From contig NC_058368.1 of the NCBI RefSeq assembly GCF_018350175.1, positions 150,538,001 through 150,602,000 on the forward strand: a DNA stretch of 64,000 nucleotides, given 5' to 3'. A program made the translations under genes and the position numbers. Below the pieces are notes generated by a model, which was not told the DNA's origin, did not search any database, and saw only the letters and a program-made list of their open reading frames with translations. Each line of letters opens with the position of its first letter. The first letter of the stretch is position 1. Of the stretch, positions 13,558-27,330 are shown piece by piece. The stretch is from Felis catus (Eukaryota).

Positions 13558-14574
13558 ACACGCACATGTATGCAAGCACACACAAATTAATCTAGTTTTG
13601 CCCATACCTGCTGAAGTTGAGGGAAAATTCAAACTGAATCCTGTTTTAGGAATACTTTCTAGGGTTATATAAGAGTATAGTCCAGAAAATTTGAGGAAAG
13701 ACCAGAAGTCTTCAATGCATTATGCTGACCAGGCCCATATCATTTATTCAAAGGCAATTTCCAAAGCGTGGCCACAAAGACGCTTCTCCATGGCCGCTTA
13801 AGACTGTAGGACTGAAAGACCCACTTACCACTGCCTGAGAGGTCCTACCCTCTCACAGAGCACTGTATGGCAGGATGGCCTGGGTTTGCACTCTCACAAA
13901 TCATCCGCCCATGACACTTCTCTCTCTTCTATGGAAGACCCTACTAGAAGGAGGAAAATATGCTATTCTCTTCTTAAACTCAACTCAAAACATCACCCTC
14001 TACTCCTCCCTTTCTGCTCTAGGGCATTAGTGGATCCAAAAAACAAAAGAAGAAAACTTAAGTAAGAGAAAGCCAGTAAGGGTATCTAAGATCTTTAGAA
14101 ATACTATGCTGACTCTTCTTCCAAGAGTGGAGAAAGGAATATTGTTTACACACACACATTGCTTCTTGGAAAATGCAATAGGATAAATAAAAACTGGGGG
14201 GGAAGGGGGGAGCTCAAAAGATAATTTATGTATTAGCTTAAGAGAGATTGTCATTGTCATTGTCTTAATTTGTCTAAATATCAGCAAGTTCATGTGACTC
14301 AGCCTAATATTTTCTTCTTAAAAACTTATCATATTTGTTTGACTAGTTTCCATTAGATGAATTTTTAACTGATCATTTATTTGGGAGTCAAACTCTACCT
14401 AAACATAAAAACATTCAAGGGACTTACCAACCTTTCCCCAGAAGCCCTTATTATCTGGGGCAATTCTTGTAGACATTTCAGTATAACACTGCCTAGTGTG
14501 TTGATCCTACCAGTATGTAATAAGTGACTTAGTCTATTAGCTTACTTTGTTACATTGGTCCAGCAGATGAAGAG

Positions 14575-14676
14575 AATGAATGAATGAATGAATGGGAGGG
14601 ACAGAAGGAAGGAGGGAAGGAAAGAGAGAGAGAGGAAGGAAGGAGGAGATAGAGAAAGAAAGAAAGAAAGAAGGAA
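14575..14676. repeat. Purine-rich low-complexity tract (GAAT)n/(GGAA)n/(GAAA)n
   Basis: Read directly from sequence. Confidence 0.9.
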
Positions 14677-14706
14677 ACCCAAGTACCCAAATAAACTTCA
14701 GTTTTC

Positions 14707-14933
14707 TTTTTTTTTTTAATTTTTTTTTTTTACATTTATTTATTTTTGAGACAGAGAGGGACAGAGCATGAATGGGGGAGGGTCAAAGAGAGAGGGAGAC
14801 ACAGAATCTGAAACAGGCTCCAGGCTCTGAGCTGTCAGCACAGAGCCTGATGTGGGGCTCAAACTCACGGACCGTGAGATCATGACCTGAGCCGAAGTCG
14901 GTCGCCCAACCGACTGAGCCACCCAGGCGCCCC
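14707..14933 (-). mobile_element. Felid CanSINE, relatively young
   Basis: Near-consensus body with CpGs retained; perfect 15 bp TSD taaacttcagttttc at 14692-14706 and 14934-14948. Confidence 0.98.
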
Positions 14934-16457
14934 TAAACTTCAGTTTTCATCTTGCTCCCAAATCATCTGAACCTCAGAAAGTGATTTTTTAAAATATTTT
15001 CTAAATGAAAAGGATTTGGTACATTTCCATTCTCTGTGATAGCATCAGAGTAATTAATGCCATGACAACAAGAAAAAGGCTAAAAGGAATAAATAAAAAG
15101 AGAAGTTAATTTTTCTATTTGTTGCTGATATAAGATGCTTCAGTTTCTCTTGAAAATTAAATTATTTTCAATAATCTTTTAAATCTTCTATTTACTTCAC
15201 AAAGAAAACCTCAATTCAGTTCCAATCATCTCAAACAACTGATAATTTCCCATCGAGATAACAGTTTTAAGGCTCTCTGGAGCAGAGAACAGGAGTCTTT
15301 CTGTCCAGTGAAGGAGTTAGAAATCAGAGGAAGGGGCTCCCTAATCACTCAGGCTGGTGGCCCTTTGCTGGTGGTCTGCAAATGGGCAGATTGGTACTCA
15401 TTAAGATTCCAAGTGATATTCATTCCAGTACCCTTTCACCAAAATGATACTAACTAGATTCGAATGGATATTTTAGCATTCTTTTGCCAAAGGCTCACGG
15501 GATGTCCAAAAGCATCACAGGATCCAAAACTTCAAGGTCATTAAAGTCTACACTTATCTACACTTTTTGCAGTACCTGAGGGGGCAAGGTCTCTCCATTT
15601 AGGCCTCTGGAGGAGGTTCCCAGTGGACACACTCTCCCTCCCTTTCTCTCACCTTCTCCCAAGCCTCTTTAGGTCCCTTCAACTGTCTTCGCTTCAGCCC
15701 CTCTCAAAACAGGACACATCACTCTTTCCCTTAGCCAACCTGAGTCCTGGGCCTGGTCTCATCTTCTGCTTTGCAAACTCTGCCATCTCAGACTTCGTTA
15801 GGAATTTGGAGAGGTCTGTCTCTGCTTAAGCTTCCTCCACGTCCAGGGTCTGTGGGAAAGGTAGGTATTTCAAGGTCAGTTAAGACACTCTTTACCAGTT
15901 ATGTTGCAACTCACTTCTCCGCTAAATACTTGAAGGTTTACACCCCTTATCACAGAGCTGGTTCATTTTCTTCCAAAGGCTTGAGCAAGGCCCTGTCTAA
16001 TCTTCGTGAGGAATGTGTACATCAACTATGAACATGACTTTGGCCCCTATTCCTTGTGAAATAATACCTCTAACCTTATGATATTAAAAGCTCATGGCTT
16101 TCCTGCCCTGTGTTTTATTACAAAGGGTCCCCACATTAATTGAAAATGCTTCTGCCTGAGTCGTTCAAGATGAAGCTTGCCAGGCTCAAAGAGTGCCACT
16201 CTGACACTCTAGTTTCTGTCATGACAACAGATGTGACATTTACCTGATGCAGATCTAGCTGACCTCTAGAAATCAAGCCCAAGTAAATTCCATTTAGGAA
16301 AAAGCCCTTTTTTAAAAACCAGGACTTGGTTTATATGACCCAGTCATGGCTTCCACATCCATACCTCCTGCTATTGTTACTATGATATAACACTTGTTCA
16401 TACTCAAAGTATCTAAAGAAAAACATACTTACTGATCCAGAAGATCATTAATCTAGA

Positions 16458-16660
16458 TCGGAGATCAACAAGTTTTTTCCCATGACAATTCAGGTAGTAA
16501 ACATGGTCTCTAACACAACTACTCAACTCCACCTTCATAGCTTGAAAGCAGTCATAGACAATACATGACTGAATAGGTACAGCTGTGTTCCAATAAAATT
16601 TTATTTACAAAAATAGGCATTGGATCAGATTCAGCCTGGGTGCAGTAATTTGCCAAGCTC
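16458..16660. mobile_element. MER58A-like hAT-Charlie MITE
   Basis: caactactcaactc...aaagcagtcatagacaatacat...ctgtgttccaataaaattttatttacaaaaatagg is the typical MER58 core. Confidence 0.85.
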
Positions 16661-18245
16661 TATTCTAGGTTATTTTTCCAAATTATAGATTTTAAAAGAT
16701 ACTTTAGGTTTACATTGATTCAGATTACTATCAAAAGTATCTGAAGGTATCTACGAGGATAGATCTATTTACATGCAAGATATGAATAAAGAAAATAGCT
16801 ATAGAATTTCACATTTCAAGACATCAAGACAACTGAGCATTTGTAGTAATGTACCTTATTTTACAGATGATAAAAATGTGCAACAGATTTTAGTAAAGTA
16901 CTAGGTCCCCTGACTCCCAATCCAAAATTATCACAATCCAAGAAATTGATCACAAAATTGAGAAAGCAAAACACAATGTGCACATGAGTAACTCCGGGAA
17001 TTTAAACCTTTTTAATTATATCATAAAGGGTCTCTAGCCTACTAGTATCTACAGAGTTAGATGGAATTGCAACTACCTATCCAGTCCGTAGTTATTCCCC
17101 ACCCTAACACACATGTAAACAGACACAGACATCTGATACACTATTATTGTGGGTTTCCAACATTCAGCCCAGGCCAACATTGGCACAAAAATTCAACTGA
17201 AATATACCTTGACACTGACCAGCAAGAGTTATTTCCACAGTTAAAAAAAAAAAGTATGCCAAGAAGCCATAAATAAGAATACTTAGAACTAGGTCAATGG
17301 AAATTTAAAACACAACATAACAATGTTAACAGTGGTAGGACTTTTAATAATGTATATTTTACCTTTTATAATTTTTTCTGTATTTTCTAATATTTTTCCA
17401 ATTCACATGTACTGGTTTTATAACCTGGGGGAAAAAAAACTCAAAACTATTATTTGACACAGGTCTTATTATGTAACACAAAATAGCTCCTTGAAAGAAT
17501 GACTTGTCAGATTCAACTCTGTATCACTAGTTCCTAGCAAGATACAAATATTAGACATTCAATAGATGCAAATGTAGCAGGTAACTTGAGCACATTCTCA
17601 GTTAAACAAGTAACATTAGTGAAGGTATTTAAACACTAAAAAATTCTAACAAAGTCATTCTCATCTTTATTTGTAATATCCATTATTAGCATGCAAAACT
17701 ATTTGGCTTTATTATATTCTAAAGTTATGTTTCACAGCTGTGTTTTTGTAGCTGTGAAAATTTAGTCCTCCGATTACATCTTAGCTGTTTACATTTTAGC
17801 TGTGAAATAGGATTTTGTTTTTAGCTAGCTAGCAAAAGAACTTTTGTTACATCAGCTTCAAAAATTGTCAAATCAGAAATAACAACTTTAAATATATCAA
17901 AATGTACCTTGCATTTTCTCATGTGATAATATCTGCTATATAATAATTAATGAGGTTGAGGTTGAACAGTTAAATTACTTTATCCCTTTTTTCCATAGAA
18001 ATTTCTGTTACGTTCTGAATAAAGAAACTGTCCAATCTAAGGAAAATGGCACAGTGTCATTGCTGCTTCTTCACTGATAAACTACACAGCAAATTTTCTG
18101 TTCCAATGCAAAGTTCCTATATATGAACACAACAACTATTTTGCTAAGGAACAAAACAACTCATCAGTAGTTTAACATGGTTACCAATATCAAAGCACAA
18201 ACCAAGATTCAACTTGCTTAAGAGAGCTATTTAGAAAGTCTAGGG

Positions 18246-18400
18246 CACTGATACTCAAAGAGAGGTTCCGGGACCATTACCTGGGAGCTGTTTAGAAGTA
18301 GAAATTCTGAATCCTAGGCCCACACCAGATCTTTTGAATCAGAATGTGCATTTTAACAACCTTAGAGGACTTGTGTTTACATCAAATTTGAGAAGCCAGT
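18246..18400. mobile_element. MER5A-like hAT-Charlie MITE
   Basis: cattacctgggagctgtttagaagtagaaattct...tgaatcagaa...tgcattttaacaa...aaatttgagaagccagt. Confidence 0.8.
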
Positions 18401-20317
18401 CTACTGCTATTTTCAGCAAGAATTCTGGACATAATATGTACGTTGTACCTTCACAGACAACAATGAGACTAGTTGGTCACAAACATACCAGAATATTTGT
18501 ATTCAGATTTGGGCCATTAGTTTAGTCACATTTGGAACCATTTTATACTTATTTCCCTGACACTCCATCCCTGACACTCTATTTGGAAATTCCCTTTTGT
18601 ACTTGGTAAGACTCACAAAATCAGTGGCATTACCTTACAGTTTCACCTCCTTTTGGATCAAAAGCAGCTTTTCACACTGATTTTATTCACAAAACTAAGC
18701 CAAATAACATTGGGCTCTTTCCAAAATCAAATCCATTTTCAAATATAAATATTTGTTCTCTTTGGGAGTAATAAAAGAAAATTGGGCTACAGGCTCTGAA
18801 AACCAGAGGGTAGGTTCAAAAACCTGTTTAAATGACATTGGCAAATTACAATAATGTATATAGCAAGTGACTCCTTTAAAAAGGGCAACTCTAAGAAACA
18901 TAAAAATAAAAAATAAAAAGGACAACTCTCACTTAGGTGTACCATTAAGTTTTGGAATTTTTGTGTTTTAAACTGGGGACCCTGCTAAGATTTAACTGCT
19001 TAAAAAAAAATGACCTGGTGAAGATCTAAGGGATGCTTTTGTTACAGCCCCTTTAGCAAGAAGATACCATGAGGTCTTCCAATTTGTCCTTGGAGGAAGG
19101 AATTCTCATAAAGGAAGGGAAATGTTTCCAGATTGTGGAAGTAAATAGACATTTGTGTCTTTGTGGTCCAGACCCTTCAATTAACAAATGAGCTCTATCG
19201 TCAGAAAAAGGAGAGAAATTGATCTTTTGTTTGGGAGCAGGGGAAGGGAAGGCTGCTGACCCCTGTGGGTGAAGCCCAGAGGCTAAATGTGGGCAGCGGA
19301 TACCATCTAGCATGGTATGTTACTGGTGGGTCCTTGGATGGTGTGCAAACCCAAAGGATGGGCCCTAAGATCTGTGTCCTGGGGAAATGTTCTTATTCAG
19401 AGGAGCATCCTGGCCTGGAGGTCCATGCAGCACTGTGTGGTAACAGGAAGCCAGAGCCACAATGGCCCCAGGCAATGAGAGCTCTCCTGGGGCCAGAGTA
19501 GCCAACAGGCTTCTTTGGGACCTCTGTAAACCCACAGAATTCTTAAATATTTCAGAATGGGGGAAGGAGGACTCTAAGGGTATGATACTGATGTTTATGT
19601 CAATCGCTAAGATAAGAGTCAAGCCAGTTCTGATTCAAATCAAAAACATAAAACAAGAAAGACAGTGCCTACAGCCCAAGCGTTATAGAGCAGATGACAC
19701 CTTGCCCTTATTTTCCGGCCATACCATAAAGAGGGCAAATAAAGACTCTCACAGGCAATATTGTCAAGATGGTCAATTTTGTGGCTAGCCACTTTAGAAG
19801 CCAGTAACGTGGGAGAATTGAGTGAAGTAGCGAGATCTTAATGTGTAGTGTGGGATACAATGAGCCAGGTGAGGGAAATACAGCTCAGAGAATAGGGAGC
19901 AAATGATATCCATTCAGTCTTTTAGCTGTGTTCCTGGAGCTTCTTCTATAGCACAGACACTGTGCTAGGCAGAAAGGATGTGTAGCAAATGACTGGTTTT
20001 TTGGAATTCATATTATTGAAGAGAAAGTGATACACAAACATGTAATCTAATATGTGGTATCAATGGAGGAGGCAAAACATAGCGGTTAATAGGTTTTGGG
20101 GTCAGACATATCTGTCGGAAAATTTACTACCCAACTGAAATTGGACAAGTTATGTAAAGCCTCTGAATCTCATTCCCTTCATCAGTAATAATAGAATTAT
20201 AGCACTTAAGCGTTCAGTAGATGTTAGCTGTCATTCTTAAATCGGAGTATATATTAGTAGAATGATGTATTAATTCTATCTGTAGGATCATGAAAAGCTT
20301 CATCAAGAAAAACGTTT

Positions 20318-20550
20318 GGGGGTACCTGGGTGGCTCAGTCAGTTGTGTCCAACTCTTGATTTTGGCTCAGGTCATGATCACATACATGGTCCTGAGATGG
20401 AGCCCTGTGTCAAGCCTAGCATCGACCTCTACACTGGGCCTGGAGCTTAAGATTCTCTCTCTTCCTCACCCTCTGCCTGTCTCCTGTGCCTTCTCTCTCC
20501 CTCTCTCCCTCTCTCTCTCTTTCTCTCCCTCTCAAAAAGAGAAAAAAAAA
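20318..20550 (+). mobile_element. CanSINE (older subfamily)
   Basis: Head gggggtacctgggtggctcagtcagtt, (CT)n linker, A-rich tail. Confidence 0.95.
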
Positions 20551-20646
20551 TGCATTTGAACTTCATCCTACAGGAGGAGTAAAATTCACCAGATAAAGAG
20601 TGGGGGAACAGCATTCCAGCAGAAAGGACAGTATGAATAAAGTCAC

Positions 20647-21025
20647 AAAGAGGTTTAGAACAAATCTCCCCAAATGTTGCCACTTGGGCATGTGAACTAT
20701 TTTGAGCTGAAAAGATAAACTTTTGCCCCTCTCTTAACTTCCTAGAAAAATTAAAAATGGGGGTCTTTCTCAGAATGAAAGTTTCTCCTGGAGATAAATT
20801 TTATCTGAATGACCTATCTGTATGCCAAAGCAAACATCTAATTTCCAATCACCTCTTCCTCTTCTTACTGCCCTGTGAATTGCCATCCTCCCTTTTGCAT
20901 GTAGGTTTCCCGGCTGTACAAAATTAAATATGATTTTTCCCTGTTTATCTGTCTCATGTCAGTTTAATTCTTAGACAAACCGGGAGAACCTCTGAGAGGT
21001 AAAGAAAAATTTTTCTTTCCCAGCA
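20647..21025 (+). mobile_element. ERV1-class solo LTR (MER34-like)
   Basis: ccccaaatgttgccacttgggcatgtgaactattttgagctgaa near the start, tctgtctcatgtcagtttaattcttagac near the end, ends in CA; flanked by duplicated gtcac. Confidence 0.7.
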
Positions 21026-21999
21026 GTCACAGGAGAGCAAAAGTACCTGGTCCACCCAGGGATTAAAAAGGGTTTAAATACAACTGTCATAAAAGGCCTG
21101 GGAAAGGAGGCTGAAATGATGACTAAAATGTAAAACAGGGCTGTGATGTAGCTGGCTACATAACCTCTTAGCAATGAGGAACCAGCAAATGTTTTAATTC
21201 AAGTCGCAAAATCAGATATATGTCTTAGAAAGGTAATTGTGGTACTATGCAGACACTAGACTAGAGGAGGAAAAGTCAGTAGTATAGGGCATCTAGAACA
21301 GAAAATATCTGATAAAAATCAAATAATATGCCAGGAAAGCCTTTGGGAATTGTTGGTGTGGGAGATGGGGAGATGGGCAACAATGTATATATGACTGTCT
21401 TTCTCCTTCTTTTATATACATACACACCCACAAACACATCTGTTTATGTGTTGGTCGTATAACCTCTGTGCCTCATTCTCCCCCATTCACAAAAAGGAGG
21501 TAATAATAGAATGTTGTAAGAATCAAATGGTTGATACATAAAAAGTGTCTGGCACATAATAAGGATTATATAAACATTGTTATCACACTTTTTCTCATCA
21601 TATAAACTCCTTCCCTTTATTCCCTGGTTTAATCACTGCCCCCTTCCCACTGTCAACCACTTCTATGTCACCAAAGCTCCAACTGCAAATTTTCAGGCCT
21701 AAAGTGGTCTAGGAGTTTCACAAGTTCAATTCAATTCAGAACATTTTAAGTGGCTCCCTCTTAGGTTAGAAGAATTTCCAGACATGGTAGGGGAGAGTCC
21801 ATGTATAAAAGGAATCATCCCTTTTCTCTGCACTAAGGAAGCTCACATTCCATTAGGGGGAATATGAGAAGTACATAAATTTGTAAAATGTGATACACAA
21901 TAAAGCAAAGACCAGGAGAGAAGCTACAACCAAATGGAAAAGCACTTCTCTGGGTGTCACGTTCTAAGCTATGATTCCACACACCTAGTGGCCAAATTT

Positions 22000-22280
22000 C
22001 CTGGGCAAGCTGCTAACTCTGGTTAGAGAGTGTGAGGGGTAAGCACTTTGGTCTGGAACCAGACTGGATGGATTCTCATTTGACTCCACTATCGACTCAC
22101 TCTGTAGCTTTTGGACAGGTTACTCTATTTCTCTGAAACTCTGTGGTTCAATCTGTAAAAGGAAAATGAGAAGAAGAAGATTAAGTATTTCCTACAGCTG
22201 CGATCTAGATAGACCACATGAATTAAAACATGGAAAGTTCTTAGAACACTGCCTGGCACAAAGAAAGAAGTCCATTAAAA
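22000..22280. mobile_element. MIR SINE
   Basis: aagcactttggtctggaaccagactgga...ttggacaggttactctatttctctgaaactctgt...atctgtaaaaggaaaatg...cttagaacactgcctggcaca. Confidence 0.75.
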
Positions 22281-23067
22281 AGCAAGCTATTTGCAGTATG
22301 TCTGAACCTCCGTATCCTTTACTATAAAATAAGGATAATCACTGCTTTCACTAATCTATTCTAGAAGGTTATTGTGAGATAATTTACATGAAATGAGATC
22401 ATTTATGTGAAAGTGTTTGGTCAATTGTTGAGTGTATAATATACAAAAGCATAATATCTATAATACAAAGTGAATAGTAATACCATTAGATAATAAATTA
22501 TTTCTTCTCAGAGAATTATTTCTCCAACCTTGTATACGGTAACCCCACTTGAAGTCCTTCCTAAATGCATCAGAACTAGATCTCTCATCAGTGAGAATTC
22601 AGGACAATGTGGAAAACAACAAACAGTGTTGTTGGATGCTTTTTAATAATCATTTGAATGGCTTGTTTTAACCAATGAACCTGTAGGCATTAATGACCAT
22701 ATTTTTGAAATGATAGTAGAGTAAATATAAGAAATTCAATCTTTTTTAAATGTTATCCACTTGGGATGTCTGTTGACATTTTGCAAAGCAAACCAGAAAT
22801 GTACTTAAACCGATGAGTTAAAACATTAAAATTAAAAATCAGCCTATCTTTTCTCTGAGTACCTTTTTCAAATGGCACAGGGAACTTTACACAAGCTCCA
22901 AGCACCTCTATATTTAATTCCTAGGGGCAATGGTATTCATCACTGCATTAAACATACTGGTCAGGTACTGCTGAGTCAACCCCGTTCTGGGACTTTTCTT
23001 GATTGTGAATGCAGCCTACAAGCCTTGAGATGTCATTATTCCAACGTTATGATAAGGCACTCACTTA

Positions 23068-23490
23068 TGCTGCAAAGGGGAGCAGATTCTGCCACCCCAA
23101 AATACATTTCTTTGCCATAAGGATTATTTGGAGCTAAAGGCAATCAAAACCCAGTAGACTCAGGAAAAACTCTCTATCTCGACCTCCTCAACTGCCTAAA
23201 TTTACATTGGAAAGAGGCTATTATCAGAGATACTTTTTTACCCAAAAAAGTTACCTGCATAACACGGCAACGTTTGTTTTCCAAACTTCTCTGCCTCCCT
23301 ATAAATGGCCTTCCTTCCTTTTGTATCCCCAGATCCCAATCCCTTTCCTTCGCGCAGGATGTTATATAAGCCTCAATTACCTGGCTGCCTTTGAGCCTCA
23401 TATTTTTGCGGGGCTCCCATCTTACATCAATTTAATTATTAGACCAGCCAAAGAACTTAGAAGAGAAGCCGGGCTCATAAAGTTCTCTTG
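23068..23490 (+). mobile_element. ERV1-class solo LTR (MER34-like), second copy of a related family
   Basis: tgccaccccaaaatacatttctttgccataaggattatttggagctaaagg...caatttaattattagaccagccaaagaacttagaag. Confidence 0.7.
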
Positions 23491-23620
23491 CTGGAGGAAT
23501 CTTAAAGTAAAAAATAGCAACATGTTTGCCCCTTTGCCCTTTTATAAGTGAGAAAATTGTGGTACACGTACGGTACCTCGTTCTCAAGGTCTCACAAGCT
23601 TAACAAAGCTCAAATGTGGC

Positions 23621-23707
23621 CTCTATATCCCTTACTTATAACCTCTACAACCTTGACTTATAACTCTATATCCCTTGACTTATAACCTCTACAACCTTTA
23701 CTTACAA
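23621..23707. repeat. Short higher-order tandem repeat, four ~22 bp units in ABAB order
   Basis: ctctatatcccttacttataa / cctctacaaccttgacttataa / ctctatatcccttgacttataa / cctctacaacctttacttacaa. Confidence 0.95.
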
Positions 23708-24114
23708 TGTATCCAAAGTAAATTGTGAGCGGCTATTTTACTAACTAGTCCCTTAGTTGACTAGTGAAATGAAACTTCTGTTTCTAGAGTCATTTACCAG
23801 AGGGTGATGCTAATTATCAGAACTAAGACTAAGGGTGACATGCAAAGGCTCAGTGTAGCGACTGGATACAATTTAAATTAGAAAGCCAGCCTGCTTTAGC
23901 AAGGGAACCAGACGAGAAACAGCACTCCTTTGATCACAACACTGTTACCACTCTTGACAGTTGGGACTGTCCTCTTCTCTACTCTAAACCACACCCAGAA
24001 AGTCATCAGCCTACAACATTTGCTTTTCTCCTTCCCATCCTGCATGTTAATACTGGGCTGGCTGCCTGTGACAAAGACAGCTTTCAAATAACCATGAGAG
24101 ACCTAGAGGTTTTT

Positions 24115-24356
24115 GTTTTGGTTTGTTCTTTTAATTTTTTTAATGTTTGTTTATTTATTTATTTTGAGAGAGAAATATAGAGAGTAGGGGGGGTGGGGGG
24201 GAGGCAGAGAGAGAGGGAGACAGAATCCCAAGCAGGCTCCTCTCCGTACCATCAGCGCGGAGCCCAAGTGGGGCTAGAACCTATGAACCCTGAGATCATG
24301 ACCTGAGCTGAAATCAAAAGTCAAGCACTTAACTAACTGAGCCACCCAGAGGCCCC
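24115..24356 (-). mobile_element. CanSINE
   Basis: Antisense body and head; TSD ctagaggttttt at 24103-24114 and 24361-24372. Confidence 0.96.
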
Positions 24357-25130
24357 AGGGCTAGAGGTTTTTCGAATAAGTAAATAAATAAGGCCCTAAG
24401 TAGTAGCTAACTCACAAACATCTGATATTTGACTCTGGAACTCTGAGGCATGTATACTAAGCTTATATCCCCACAGGTTTACTCTGTCTCTGAATCAGCA
24501 CCTACTCTGTACCGCCCAGGTGTCTGCTTCTCAGGGTCCCCGTGAGAAACAAAGACGAAAACCAAACAAGAAGAAACCAAACCTTTGCGGACTGATAGTA
24601 TAGACCAGGATCTGGAATCACACAGAATCCATAGAAGTAGTGAGAACCTCTAAACTGGTGATATAAATTGTCACCCTGTATCAGATGCATGGAAACTCAG
24701 CCTGCCACTAAAGTTCAACCTGGACCTCAAAGGGCAAAGGTCCATCTTTCAAAAAGGATTTAGGGAATATTTAGAAACAAGCCATAGTTCCACAGTTGGA
24801 AATACACAGGTGCTCAAAGAGTTAGAAATGTAGGTCATCAGCATATCTAGTTAGTCTCTCCTACTGCACTCGCTACAACTAAATTAATTGAAGGGCAACT
24901 TCCAAATGACTGTGAACATGTGTGTTTTTCTATATATTTGGCTGGGTAGGTTGTACCTAGCCCAACAGTACATGGTACTTAATATCAGATTACAGATTTC
25001 ACCTCTGGGGGAAATACGTGAACCCATTTATCGATATAATACAATGACCAGTAATAGAAGATCTACATTATAATGACAACACCTTGGACAACAATGAGTC
25101 CAGTCCCTGGAAACAAGAAACTGTACACCA

Positions 25131-25254
25131 GGGACACCTGGCTGGCTCAGTGGGTGGAGCATGCAACGCTTGACCTCAGCGTCATGGGTTCAAGCCCCAT
25201 GTCGGGCATAGAGCTTACTCAAAAAAAAAAAAAAAAAAAAAAAAGAAAAAGAAA
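25131..25254 (+). mobile_element. Short CanSINE (tRNA head plus poly-A, no CT linker)
   Basis: gggacacctggctggctcagtgggtggagcatg...gggttcaagcccc (A and B boxes); TSD aagaaa(c/t)tgtacacca at 25115-25130 and 25255-25270. Confidence 0.93.
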
Positions 25255-25269
25255 AAGAAATTGTACACC

Positions 25270-26465
25270 AGAAACAACTCATATGGCCTTCAACTGGTAA
25301 AAGGAAAAACTATCTGTGGTATGTCCATGTAATGAAATACTGCTCAGTAGTCAAAAGGAACAAATTATATGGGAACAAACTACATCTAACAACACAGATG
25401 ATTCCATTATACTAAGAGAAAGAAATTAGGTGCAAAAAAAAAAAAAAGGCTACATACTGTGTGGTTCCATTTATATGATATTCTGAAAAAGGCAAAACCA
25501 TAGGGCTGGAGTGGTTTCCAAGGTTTAAGGTTACAGGGGAATTTACTCCAAATGGTAAAGGTTGACTTCAAAGGATAGCACAAAGGCACTTGGGGAGGGG
25601 GGTGATGGCAGTGTTTTGTTTCCTGCTTGTGGTGGTGGTTACATGACTGTGTTTGTAAAACTCATAGAAAAGTGTACCCCCCAAAAGTAAATTTTCCTGT
25701 ATGAATATTAAAAATTAGATAAAAGGTGTAAAAGCTTCAGTATTTTTCTTACGTATTCAGAAAGAGACAATTATTTTTGATTACGCCTATTAAACTCGTG
25801 ATTATCACTTCAAGAACTTAGCCTCCATGTCAACTCTTCCATAGATTCTTCCCATACTCTCTCTGTTCTCTTATCTTCTGATCCCCCCTTTTTTTCTTTA
25901 CAGAAATAAGCACTATTCACATAGCTAAAGCCCATGTGATTAAAGGATCCCTGTCTCCATCCTGAGGTTGCATGCACCCCTCCCTGACACGTTTGTATAC
26001 TTTTACTATATAAGTATATATGAACAACTTTTATATTTGGGAAGCTTTAAACATATTTCTATACGAATAGTTATTAATACTAACATTAATATCCCATGTA
26101 TTCTTTTGCCATTTGCTTTTTTCATCCAACACTGCCTCCTCCAAGACATTCTGTTCATTTTTAACTGCTGCAGAGTATTTCACTATAGGAATATGCTAGT
26201 ATATTAACCCACTGTCTTTTCGACAGATATTTAAGCTGTTTCCATGCTCCATGTTACACTATACCACATTTATCTTTTCTGTCTCCTCTCCCTGCAAGGC
26301 AATGAGCAACTCCAGGGCAGAAACCACCCCAAATCCCTGCACCTCTCCCTAATTTCCGTCACACCTGAGAATCATGGCACATACAATGTGCTTCACACGG
26401 AAGAGGCTGCTGTGTGCCCTGCATGCAGTAAGTACTCCAGAAAAGTGTGTTGGATGAACAAATGG
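25270..26465. mobile_element. Old L1M 3' fragments followed by an L2 3' end
   Basis: aggctacatactgtgtggttccatttatatgatattctgaaaaaggcaaaacc (L1M 3'UTR); gtaagtactccagaaaagtgtgttggatgaacaaatg (L2 terminus). Confidence 0.7.
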
Positions 26466-26821
26466 TGACAAAGTATTCCCAGTCTTGTGCTCTCCACTCT
26501 CTTCTCCATGTCTTACTACAAAGTTCTTGAAATGTTTCCATGTCCAAATAGACATCTATGAAAGAAGATCACGATTTTCTTGCTTTCTCAAAGCACTACA
26601 CAAACAGCGATTTTCTCCAGTGACATTTGTCCCCTCAATGTGCCTCAAGGTCAGTTCAGAGCAATATTCAAAGCTTGAATACCCTTCATGGGTTGCTGCA
26701 AAAGGCCAGAAACCAGAGTTTGGATGTAAGTAACAATAGCAACCAACCACCCCCAGGTCTTTCTTCTTCGAGGATTTGCTTCTCTTTCGTGGGTCTGCGT
26801 ATGTGCTCTAAGTCTGCTCAC

Positions 26822-27330
26822 CTGTGCGGTTTAAGGCTTTGACATTAAAATGCGCGCCTTTAGCAGGTCTTAAGCCACCACTTGCCCTTTACCCCCACGG
26901 CCCCACTCTCTCTCCTACTACTAAGTAGATCTAATGCTGTTTGATCTCATCTCCAATTCTTTGCAGTTTAAGAAGCTGTGTAGCCTTGATGTACAAGACA
27001 AATACACACTGTAGCTCTGGGCTTACAAAATCATCTATCATCATCCTGCCTTTGGACGTGACCAGTACATTGTGTGTTTCAGAGAAATTAATCTGGTGTT
27101 TAGGAGGAGAAAGGCATTTCAAAATCATTCTGCGTGCAGAACCTTCCCGCAGACCTGCAGAGGCATTTTCGACGCCTTTCGCCCCTGCTCAGCAAGCCTC
27201 AAACTTGACCTTCGAGAGGATTTCAAGGATAGTACCTTCCTCCCTTTCCCTCTCCTGTTCCAATAGCGCGCGCAGGCCTCCTTCTGGGAAACAGCTGCCC
27301 GGGACCAGAGCTCGGAGGAGTGCACGTCTA
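26822..27330 (-). other. Candidate non-coding first exon of a leftward-transcribed gene (5' end uncertain)
   Basis: Consensus donor CAG|GTGAGC on the minus strand (intron would start at 26821) at the left edge of the CpG-rich, repeat-free block; repeats resume just to its left. No transcript evidence. Confidence 0.35.

Larger units (their letters stand above)
19910..21330 (-). mobile_element. L2 fragment interrupted by a MIR, a CanSINE and an LTR
   Basis: cattcagtctttt...cagacactgtgctagg start; L2-like acagcattccagcagaaaggacagtatgaataaagtcac resumes after the LTR as aggagagcaaaag. Confidence 0.6.

Noticed and set aside
20647..23490. Two related same-strand LTRs 2 kb apart as a possible provirus
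   Set aside because: They differ substantially, the first has its own TSD inside an L2, and the interval holds L2/MIR rather than gag/pol sequence.
23621..23707. CRISPR-like periodicity
   Set aside because: No unique spacers, and the DNA is mammalian; it is a tandem repeat.
25131..25215. tRNA-like sequence with A and B boxes (also 54915-55000)
   Set aside because: Followed by poly-A and flanked by TSDs, so these are short CanSINEs rather than tRNA genes.
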